The notes below the pieces were generated by a model. That model was given only the letters and a program-made list of their open reading frames with translations. It was not told the DNA's origin and searched no databases. DNA of 45,643 bases, from assembly GCA_041690595.1 (NCBI GenBank), contig JAWLHB010000057.1:1-45643 (forward strand). Reading direction: 5' to 3'. The position numbers were made by a program, and so were the translations under genes. Shown here one piece after another: positions 1-6,916 of the stretch; within the stretch, counting starts at the first letter, position 1, and every line of letters starts with the position of its first letter. Source of the stretch: Lentisphaeria bacterium. GTDB taxonomy: Bacteria > Verrucomicrobiota > Lentisphaeria > JABSQK01 > JAWLHB01.

Positions 1-150
1 GACGCAGTGGACGCAGTGGACGCAGTGGACGCAGTGGACGCAGTGGACGCAGTGGACGCAGTGGACGCAGTGGACGCAGTGGACGCAGTGGACGCAGTGG
101 ACGCAGTGGACGCAGTGGACGCAGTGGACGCAGTGGACGCAGTGGACGTG
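1..150. repeat. Perfect 9-bp tandem repeat (GACGCAGTG) x16, plus one partial copy. It runs off the 5' edge of the window.
   Basis: Read directly. Units start at positions 1, 10, 19 ... 136, and a degenerate copy begins at 145. The same repeat gives the (DAV)n translation of track ORF 7..234. Confidence 0.95.
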
Positions 151-268
151 GATGCGAAAGGGAGTAAAAAGTCCGCTTTAAGATACGGTTGCATGAAAAA
201 GGACCGAAGTGTATTATGTACGGGGTTAACATGAAGTAAGTGGGAGCATCATTCAAAGGAGGTGATGG

Positions 269-871
269 ATGGGTACGGAGCCGCTGTTGCCGCCACATGG
301 CGGCTATCGCCGGATGCGGAGTTTTCAGGTGGCGCAACTGGTGTACGATGTGACGGTACGGTTCTGCGATCGGTATGTGGATCGGCGTAGCCGGACGCAT
401 GACCAGATGGTGCAGGCGGCACGGTCGGGGGTGCAGAATATTGCGGAGGGTTCGGAGGTGTCGGCGACTTCGAAGAAGATGGAGCTGAAGCTGACGCAGG
501 TGGCGCGGGCAAGTCTGGAGGAGTTGAAGCTGGATTATGAGGATTTTCTGCGCCAGCATGGTCTGCGCCAGTGGGAGCGGCAGGAGGGACTGCGGCAGGA
601 GTTGGTAGAGGCACGGCCGCGGACCGTGGATGAGGTGGCCAGTTGGGTGGCGGAGGCGGCGAGACGCCAGCGGTCGGCTGAGGGGAAAGGGGCGCCGGGT
701 GAGCTGTATCCTGAGCTTTCGGCGAATGCGGCGCTGACGCTGGCGACGGTGGCGGGGTACCTGCTGGATCGGCAGATCCGGGCACTGGGGGAAGGATTCG
801 AGGCGGAGGGTGGCTTCACGGAGCGACTGCATGGGGTACGGTCGGCCAAGCGGCGGCAGGGGATGGGGTAG
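269..871 (+). CDS. Four-helix-bundle protein (23S rRNA intervening-sequence protein / Avd-like family, TIGR02436-like) with a ~90-aa C-terminal suffix domain
   Basis: 200-aa ORF. The N-terminal ~110 aa carry motifs typical of the family (QNIAEGSE..., SLEELKLDYE). The C-terminal extension is Arg/Glu-rich. Confidence 0.7.
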   Translation: MGTEPLLPPHGGYRRMRSFQVAQLVYDVTVRFCDRYVDRRSRTHDQMVQAARSGVQNIAEGSEVSATSKKMELKLTQVARASLEELKLDYEDFLRQHGLRQWERQEGLRQELVEARPRTVDEVASWVAEAARRQRSAEGKGAPGELYPELSANAALTLATVAGYLLDRQIRALGEGFEAEGGFTERLHGVRSAKRRQGMG

Positions 872-915
872 CATGTCGGGGGCGGGAAGCTGGAGGCGGC
901 ATGTTAGGAGAGTGC

Positions 916-945
916 TTGACATGGGGTTTGGTTTGCTTCTATAGG
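916..945 (+). promoter_or_regulatory. Putative sigma70 promoter for the EncFtn-encapsulin operon: TTGACA at 916-921, 17-18-nt spacer, TATAGG at 940-945
   Basis: Near-consensus -35 hexamer and an A/T-rich -10 hexamer about 125 nt upstream of the 1070 start. The 13-bp palindrome TCGTGcgaCACGA at 965-977 lies just downstream. Confidence 0.4.
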
Positions 946-1069
946 TAGAAGCATTGGGTTCGCCTCGTGCGACACGAATAGAGAGTTGGGGAAGAGCGTG
1001 GGGCCAGAAGGGTCATGACGCGCTTGGAGCCCCGCTCGGAGGCGGCCGACACTTCAGCAGGAGTAGAGA

Positions 1070-1423
1070 ATGGAAACGGGATATCATGAAGAAGGTTTGT
1101 CCACCTTTGCGAAGGATCTTCATCGTGCACTGGTGAGTACGATGGAGGAGTTGGAGGCGGTGGATTGGTACAATCAGCGTATGGATGTGACGGGGGATGA
1201 GCAGTTGCGCAATATCCTGCGGCATAACCGCGACGAGGAGATCGAGCATGCCTGCATGATGCTGGAGTACCTGCGCCGGCTGATGCCAGAGTTCGATGAA
1301 CAGCTACGGACCTACCTGTTTACGGAGGCGCCGATCGAGCAGGTGGAAGAGCTGGCGGAATCGGGAGAAGGGGCTGACGTTGCCGCCGATCGCGGTTCTC
1401 TTCGCATCGGCAAGTTGAGTTGA
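1070..1423 (+). CDS. Encapsulin cargo: ferritin-like protein (EncFtn/Flp) with C-terminal cargo-loading peptide
   Basis: 117 aa. Contains an EEIEH (ExxH) di-iron motif region. The C-terminus ...DRGSLRIGKLS matches the family-1 encapsulin targeting-peptide consensus (GSLxIGxL). AGGAG Shine-Dalgarno 6 nt upstream. It sits immediately upstream of the shell gene. Confidence 0.85.
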   Translation: METGYHEEGLSTFAKDLHRALVSTMEELEAVDWYNQRMDVTGDEQLRNILRHNRDEEIEHACMMLEYLRRLMPEFDEQLRTYLFTEAPIEQVEELAESGEGADVAADRGSLRIGKLS

Positions 1424-1444
1424 AGATAAACAGGAGAGATCCAT

Positions 1445-2245
1445 ATGAGTATTTTGAAGCAGCACCTTGCCCCGATAACCGAAGGTGGGTGGGCAGAGAT
1501 CAATGAGCAGGCGAAGCGGACACTGTCGGCGAATCTGAGCGCTCGGCGCCTGGTAGATATCGTCGGGCCGCTTGGCTGGGAGGCGGCCGCGGTCAATCTT
1601 GGCAGACAGGATGTACAGGAAGGTGGTCCGGTAGCTGGTGTGCGCTGGGGAATCCGGAACGTGCAGCCGCTGATCGAGCTGCGGACGGCTTTCGAGCTGA
1701 ATATCTGGGATCTGGACGATGTCGACCGGGGCAGCAAAGTGCCCGACCTGGACTCGCTGGAGGAGGCGGCGCTGAAGACGGCGACCTTCGAGGAGCAGTG
1801 CATTTACCTTGGCTGCGAACAGGCTGGAATCAGTGGCTTGCTGGCGAGCAGCGGACATGACAAGCTGCCACTGGGCGAAAACATCGACGACATGCTGGTG
1901 AATATCGAAACGGCACTCTTTCGGCTTCATACGAGTGGTGTCGAAGGGCCGTATGCGCTCGTGCTTGGCGGACAGCCGTACCGGGAGTTGCTTTCGGGCG
2001 CGCCGGGCTGTTTCCCGATACGGCAGCGAGTACTTGACCTGCTTGGCGGCGGGGGCATCTACTGGAGTCCCGCGCTGCAGCAGGGGCTGGTGGTCAGCAC
2101 CCGGGGCGGCGACTTCGAGCTGACGCTGGGGGTGGACACCTCGATCGGCTACGAGAGCCACACGACGGAGATGGTGCAGCTCTACTTCACGGAATCGTTC
2201 ACCTTCCGGGTGCTCGAACCGAAGGCGGTCATCGCCTTCACGTAG
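1445..2245 (+). CDS. Family-1 encapsulin shell protein (HK97 fold, linocin_M18 family)
   Basis: 266 aa. It aligns along its whole length with the T. maritima encapsulin as I remember it (…HLAPITEGGWAEINEQAKR…, …GPLGWEAAAVNLG…, …GGDFELTLGVDTSIGYESHT…FTESFTFRVLEPKAVI…). AGGAGA Shine-Dalgarno 7 nt upstream of the ATG. Confidence 0.9.
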   Translation: MSILKQHLAPITEGGWAEINEQAKRTLSANLSARRLVDIVGPLGWEAAAVNLGRQDVQEGGPVAGVRWGIRNVQPLIELRTAFELNIWDLDDVDRGSKVPDLDSLEEAALKTATFEEQCIYLGCEQAGISGLLASSGHDKLPLGENIDDMLVNIETALFRLHTSGVEGPYALVLGGQPYRELLSGAPGCFPIRQRVLDLLGGGGIYWSPALQQGLVVSTRGGDFELTLGVDTSIGYESHTTEMVQLYFTESFTFRVLEPKAVIAFT

Positions 2246-2249
2246 GCGA

Positions 2250-2666
2250 TCAGGTGAGGCGCTCGCCGGTGGACGACATGGTGAGCGACGCGTGAATGAC
2301 GCCTCGCTGCTGCCCCAGGTGATTGACCAGGTGGCGCAGCGAGGTCGCCTTGCCGCGCGCGAGGATCATCTCGACGCACATTTCCTCGTTGAGGTGCACG
2401 TGGGTGGTGGCGAGGATGGAGTCGTGATGATGGTGCTGCAGCTCGGTCAGCTTCTGGCTGAGCATGCGCTGGTGATGGTTGTAGAGGAGGGTGATGGTGC
2501 CGACGACTTCAGCGTCGGCGTTCCATTCCTCGCGGACGAGTTGATCGCGGATCAGGTCGCGGAAGTACTCGGAGCGGTTTTCGTAGCCTTTCTCGGCAAC
2601 GAGTCGCTCGAGTTTTTCCTGCAAAGGTTTTTCGATGGACATGCTGAGGCGAACGAGATCTGACAT
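2250..2666 (-). CDS. nikR: Nickel-responsive transcriptional regulator NikR (RHH domain plus ACT-like metal-binding domain)
   Basis: 138 aa. N-terminal ribbon-helix-helix (RLSMSIEKPLQEKLERLVAEKGYENRSEYFRDLIR). Conserved HHHH plus downstream His/Cys ligands (…LQHHHHDSILATTHVHLNEEMC…). Confidence 0.85.
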   Translation of the reverse strand: MSDLVRLSMSIEKPLQEKLERLVAEKGYENRSEYFRDLIRDQLVREEWNADAEVVGTITLLYNHHQRMLSQKLTELQHHHHDSILATTHVHLNEEMCVEMILARGKATSLRHLVNHLGQQRGVIHASLTMSSTGERLT

Positions 2667-2676
2667 GGCGGCTCCG

Positions 2677-3147
2677 CTAGGACCGGCTTGTGCGGGTAGG
2701 CGACTTCTGCTTCAGTTCGACCAACAGCCACTTGCCCCCGCGGTATTCCCAGAGCATGGTGAGGTCCTGAAAGCGGTTTTCGGCGCCGGTGGCGTCGCCC
2801 CTGCGCATCTGGAGCATGAGGACAACCAGAATGGATTCCTTGTCGATTTCGCGCAGCTCGTCGACATGCAGAAAGATGTCGTTGGCCTTGGCTGCTTCCA
2901 GTTCGCCGAGGAACTGCTGGAGGCTGTTCTTGCCGAAGTTCCTGTTGTCTTCGTTGATGTAGCGGAAGTCAGCGGCAACGAGTTTGGCGGCGCGCTTCCA
3001 CTCTTTGTTGGAGAGCATGGCGCCGAAGTCGTTAAGGCGCGTGCGCAGCTGGCGCTCCCGAGAATAGAAAAGGGAGCAGCCCGGGAGGGTGAGGAGCAAC
3101 ATGGCAATGAGCAGATATGGAGTCAGGGAGTATGTGATGGTCTTCAT
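2677..3147 (-). CDS. Lipoprotein, probable NTF2/SnoaL-like fold, function unknown
   Basis: Signal peptide with lipobox LPGC. 156 aa. 4-nt overlap with the upstream hydrolase gene, so operonic. Confidence 0.55.
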   Translation of the reverse strand: MKTITYSLTPYLLIAMLLLTLPGCSLFYSRERQLRTRLNDFGAMLSNKEWKRAAKLVAADFRYINEDNRNFGKNSLQQFLGELEAAKANDIFLHVDELREIDKESILVVLMLQMRRGDATGAENRFQDLTMLWEYRGGKWLLVELKQKSPTRTSRS

Positions 3148-4052
3148 GGGTTCTCCTCGATCATCGCGTTGAGAGAATCAGCCAATTGGCGCTTCCATTC
3201 CTCGGAATAGAAGTTGTGGTTGGCTCCTGCGATAGTGGTCAGGTGCATAGTATAGTCGTTTTTCCGCTGGAAAGCTTCGAAATAGTCGTAAGAAGGCTGA
3301 AAATCCGGGTCGGCGTCACCATAGGTGATCTGGACGGGGATGGGGCGCAGGAGGAGTTTGTCCAGTGGTGACCGACGGGGTGGTTGGGGCTGGCTCTCGG
3401 GCTGCTCCTGCTGGAGGGCGTTGTCGGCCCGTCGTTTGTCCTTGCGGAATGGATTGGTGAGGACGCGCAGGACGCCGCCGTAGGATATCTCTCCCCGCAC
3501 GATCCGCTGCCAGGTACGCGGCTGCCAGAGCTTATCCCAGTAGAGCTTGAGAAAGTGAGCGGTGCGCCGGGCATCGCGGCTGAAGGAATCAGCCTCGCCA
3601 AAGGGGTAGACGGAGAGGAGCCACATGCCGGCGACCTCGGGCAGGCGGTCTATAATGCCGATGCCGACATTGCCGCCGGAGCAGATGCCGACGATCCAGA
3701 GCGGGCGCCGACCGAGGCGCGAAGCGAGAAAGCGGGCGGCGGCGACGGCATCGTCACCCATGTGCCCAAGGGTAATTTCCTCGGGGTCGAGGTCGCTTTC
3801 GCCTCTGCCGCGGAAGTCGAAGCGGAGGGAGGGGATGCCGGCGGCGGCAAGGTTGCGAGCGAGGTTGGTGAGGAGATTATGCGGGCCACCGCGGACGCCG
3901 CCCCAGCCGTGGAGAAAGAGGACCGCGGGAGCCTGACGTTCGCCGCCGCCGACCAGGTTGCCCTTGAGGGTATGCTGGCCAACGGGGATGCGCACGGCTT
4001 CTTCCCACATTCCCCGCGGCAGATCGAAGCGTTGCCGAAGCTGCATGGTCAC
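3144..4052 (-). CDS. Alpha/beta hydrolase (resembles exosortase-A-system-associated hydrolase 1 type)
   Basis: 302 aa. LFLHGWGG...LRFDFRGRGES N-terminal region and a nucleophile elbow near IVGICSGGNVG. 4-nt overlaps on both sides. Confidence 0.65.
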   Translation of the reverse strand: MTMQLRQRFDLPRGMWEEAVRIPVGQHTLKGNLVGGGERQAPAVLFLHGWGGVRGGPHNLLTNLARNLAAAGIPSLRFDFRGRGESDLDPEEITLGHMGDDAVAAARFLASRLGRRPLWIVGICSGGNVGIGIIDRLPEVAGMWLLSVYPFGEADSFSRDARRTAHFLKLYWDKLWQPRTWQRIVRGEISYGGVLRVLTNPFRKDKRRADNALQQEQPESQPQPPRRSPLDKLLLRPIPVQITYGDADPDFQPSYDYFEAFQRKNDYTMHLTTIAGANHNFYSEEWKRQLADSLNAMIEENP

Positions 4053-5278
4053 GGTGCTTTCACCGGGGGAGCCGGTGGATGATGCTTTTCGAGCCAGGAA
4101 TCCTGAATGACAAAGGCACGCCTGGCCGGCTCTTCCCCGGGATAGAGGACGAAGTTGTGGGAACCGCCGGGGATGATCTCATAGCGATAGGTCTTGTCGA
4201 GGGCCTGCAGGCGGTCAGTCAGGTCGTCATGGCTCTGGTGAAAGACGGAGCCATTGTAAGCGCCGCCCATGAAGAGGAGGAGTGGAGCCTGGATTTGTTC
4301 GGCATGATGAACGACGCTGCGGCGCATGAGGCCGCTCAGTTGCTCGGGAACGGTGCGCGCCTGCACGTACTGCTCCCAGGAGAGCCAGTTGTCCGCCCCG
4401 TCCCGGAGGCGGTCCCAGTAGTAACGAAAGGGATTGACCAGCCAGGCATCGTAGCTGACGACGCAGCTCACTTCCGAGGAACGGGCCGCGACCAGGAGTC
4501 CGACACCGGCGCCAAAGCTGTGGGCGAGAATGGCGAAGTCGCCCTCCCGGACGGAATCGAGTTTGCGGACGGCGGCGACCATGCCCAAGGCGTCGTTGAC
4601 TTCGCCATCGAGGTTTTCGATCTGGCCCTCACAGTGGTAATCCTGATCGAACTGCAGGTACTCCCTGCTGGCAAAGAGGGGCTCGCCGCGCAGGGCGGGG
4701 GCGGCGATGACGTATCCCCGGGCGGCGAGGCGCGAGAGCCACGGCAGGGAGTAGGCGGGAACGCCGAAGGCGGCACCATGGAGGTAGAGGATGAGCGGGT
4801 ACTTCCCTGGGGTCTCGGGTTCGAGGACGACGCCGTACTGGCGCAGGTTGTCGACGGAGAACTCGGCAACCCGGCAGCGGATGCCCGGAGCCGGTCGATC
4901 ATCAGGGCCGAAGAGGCGGGAGAGATCGGGGATGGGGACGGTTTCGCGCCACTCGAGGGTTACATCTGCAGGGTCGGGCGGCCAGGTGGTTTTCGGAAGG
5001 GGGGCGAGGTCTTCGAGGGAGGCCATGGCCTTGAGGTAAAGCTGGAGAGCTTCGCCGGCGTCGGCGGTTTCCGCGGCGAACCAAGCTTCGAGGGCCTCGG
5101 TAACGTCGAGTCCTTGCGCCATGGGGCGCTGGAGACGATAGGCGAGGTCGCGTTTGTAGGTCGTTCGGCGGGTATGGTCGGATTCGCCATACTGCCCGCA
5201 GGCGACGAAGGAGACAGCCAGGTTCAACAAGAGCGCCCTACCCCATGATTTGTTCGCCAAATGCGCCAACTTCACCAA
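4049..5278 (-). CDS. Secreted/lipid-anchored alpha/beta hydrolase (dienelactone hydrolase / S9-like esterase)
   Basis: 409 aa. N-terminal hydrophobic signal. LILYLHGAAFG and a nucleophile motif AHSFGAG. Confidence 0.65.
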   Translation of the reverse strand: MVKLAHLANKSWGRALLLNLAVSFVACGQYGESDHTRRTTYKRDLAYRLQRPMAQGLDVTEALEAWFAAETADAGEALQLYLKAMASLEDLAPLPKTTWPPDPADVTLEWRETVPIPDLSRLFGPDDRPAPGIRCRVAEFSVDNLRQYGVVLEPETPGKYPLILYLHGAAFGVPAYSLPWLSRLAARGYVIAAPALRGEPLFASREYLQFDQDYHCEGQIENLDGEVNDALGMVAAVRKLDSVREGDFAILAHSFGAGVGLLVAARSSEVSCVVSYDAWLVNPFRYYWDRLRDGADNWLSWEQYVQARTVPEQLSGLMRRSVVHHAEQIQAPLLLFMGGAYNGSVFHQSHDDLTDRLQALDKTYRYEIIPGGSHNFVLYPGEEPARRAFVIQDSWLEKHHPPAPPVKAP

Positions 5279-6053
5279 CGATCTCCTCGCTTGAGTGATG
5301 ATCCGTGCGTCCCCAGAAGGGTTTTTCGCGGACGGTTTTCAGGTTTCGATGCTCAGCGGCCTGGCAATGTTCCCCGATTGCGGCCCATTTGCCGGTCAGT
5401 TTTCTGGCGCCGCTGACGTGCAGCAGGAGCAGGGGCGATGCGGCAATGGGTTGCAGCTCGGAGATCAGGTCGAGAGCGCGCAACTGGCCGGCAAAGGCGG
5501 CGCCCATGCTGAAGCCGTCAAAATCGACGGGATGTCCGGCCGTCCAGGAGGATTCGGCGTCGTCGGCGATGCTGTTTGCCTTGCCTCCGCCCATCATCTC
5601 CTTGACCTGCTTGCGGCGCAGCAGCTCGTCGAGGTACTCGGCGCCGCTGACGAGAGGTTCGAGCAGGGCGATGCCATTGACGGGGGAATCGGCGGCGACT
5701 CGGGCGGCCATGAGGCCTCCCAGGCGGGCGCCAACGAGCAGGAGCGGACGGTCGGGAATCTCTTCGCGCACGTGACGGATGAGCAGGCGGGCATCGTCGA
5801 GCCAATCGTCGAGGGAGGCTTGGGCGAGGGAGCCGCTGCTTTCACCGGTTCCCCAGTAATCGAATCGGAGGGTGGCGATACCTGCCCGGGCGAGGTGGCG
5901 GGCCATGGTGTAGAGGAATCGGTAGGCACATTTGCGTTCTTCGCCGTAGGGGGCGAGGATGACGGCGGCGCCACGAACGACTCCGGCAGGCTGGTGCCAG
6001 GTGCAGTAGAGTTCGCCACGATTGCCTTTCATGTATCCGCTGACTTCTTCCAC
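5238..6053 (-). CDS. Alpha/beta hydrolase (resembles exosortase-A-system-associated hydrolase 2 type)
   Basis: 271 aa. VILAPYGEE...LRFDYWGTGES closely parallels the N-terminus of the 3144..4052 hydrolase. Probably the first gene of a 5-gene minus-strand operon that ends with nikR. Confidence 0.65.
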   Translation of the reverse strand: MEEVSGYMKGNRGELYCTWHQPAGVVRGAAVILAPYGEERKCAYRFLYTMARHLARAGIATLRFDYWGTGESSGSLAQASLDDWLDDARLLIRHVREEIPDRPLLLVGARLGGLMAARVAADSPVNGIALLEPLVSGAEYLDELLRRKQVKEMMGGGKANSIADDAESSWTAGHPVDFDGFSMGAAFAGQLRALDLISELQPIAASPLLLLHVSGARKLTGKWAAIGEHCQAAEHRNLKTVREKPFWGRTDHHSSEEIVGEVGAFGEQIMG

Positions 6054-6173
6054 GATTTCTACTCCCTGAATGTTGACGTGTGCAAGCGTACCCGCTTCCG
6101 GGCAAAAGGCAAGCGAGGGGGCAAGGATGAATCTCGGAAAGCACCTTGGCAGGGAGCAGCAGGTCGCCGCTCG

Positions 6174-6212
6174 GGCACGTTGCGGGGCCTGTCGAGGCTG
6201 AGCGTTTGAAGT
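6174..6212. repeat. Dispersed copy of the ~40-bp motif CAC(G/A)TTGC(C/G)GGGC(C/A)TGTCGAGGCT
   Basis: Matches the tandem pair at 6580-6660 when read directly. Confidence 0.6.
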
Positions 6213-6579
6213 TGAGCCTTAACAGAGGGATGGGCAAGGGCTTTGGGCTTTGACCACAAAGAACGCAGAGAGCGCAAAGCTCGAGCAGAGGGGACGCGGG
6301 GACGCCGTTCGGAGAGCGCCTCACTGACAGGTCCCGTAAAATTGAGCTCAGGCGGGCAGGAGTGTACGCCGTGGACGCAACCCCAAATGGGGTTGATGCG
6401 TGGGCGGGCAGTATACCCAGGGTAGCCCCAAGGGCAGCCCTGGACTATGAGACGCAGCCCCGTTGGGGCTAGGGCGAAAAGAGACGCCGGTTTCTGCGAA
6501 ATTGAGCTCAAGCGGGAGGATTGCATTGGTTTCGACTTATGAAGAAAAATGTCCGGCCAACGGCCGGGAGGGGACGCCC

Positions 6580-6660
6580 ACATTGCCGGGCATGTCGAGG
6601 CTAAGCCGGTGGGATAGCTATCACGTTGCCGGGCCTGTCGAGGCTGCACAGGTGGGATTA
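6580..6660. repeat. Tandem direct repeat (~40 bp x2) of the same motif, in the long intergenic region upstream of tRNA-Ala
   Basis: cacattgccgggcatgtcgaggctaagccggtgggata / cacgttgccgggcctgtcgaggctgcacaggtgggatta. A second short motif, AAATTGAGCTCA(G/A)GCGGG, is also present twice (about 6340 and 6501). Confidence 0.7.
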
Positions 6661-6770
6661 TTCTCGAACAGAAGCGTCAGGGCAACGAATAGCCGGGGAA
6701 CGGGTTGAAAAAAAGTGGATCGGGGTTGTTGAAAGTGTGGAGTGGGCGAGTAGTGTATAGGCGTTTTGGC

Positions 6771-6846
6771 GGGGCTGTAGCTCAGTTGGTAGAGCGATTG
6801 GTTCGCAATCAATAGGTCAGGGGTTCGACTCCCCTCAGCTCCACCA
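6771..6846 (+). tRNA. tRNA-Ala (anticodon CGC)
   Basis: Cloverleaf folded by hand. Acceptor stem GGGGCUG/CAGCUCC with the G3:U70 alanine identity pair. Anticodon loop UUCGCAA. T-arm AGGGG-UUCGACU-CCCCU. CCA is encoded. Confidence 0.93.
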
Positions 6847-6865
6847 CCCCCTTTTCGGAATTCAA

Positions 6866-6902
6866 CCCCGGTGGTCCCTCTCGATGGACCACCGGGGTTT
6901 TT
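6866..6902 (+). terminator. Rho-independent terminator hairpin (12-bp GC-rich stem, 8-nt loop, T5 tail) after tRNA-Ala. It may act in both directions for the convergent 6917..8965 gene.
   Basis: ccccggtggtcc-ctctcgat-ggaccaccgggg-ttttt, read directly. Confidence 0.65.
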
Positions 6903-6916
6903 CGTTTTCCGGAAGA

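Noticed and set aside
1-150. CRISPR array interpretation of the tandem repeat
   Set aside because: The units are 9 bp, with no spacers, and are perfectly contiguous. It is a microsatellite, not a repeat-spacer array.
7-234. 75-aa ORF translating the 9-bp repeat as (DAV)n
   Set aside because: It is generated by the microsatellite and begins at the window edge. It cannot be called an independent gene. If it is coding at all, it is the tail of an upstream gene outside the window.
6059-6649. 196-aa ORF inside the repeat-rich intergenic region
   Set aside because: It spans dispersed repeats and hairpins. It is Arg/Pro-rich with no start context. It is most likely a non-coding regulatory region.
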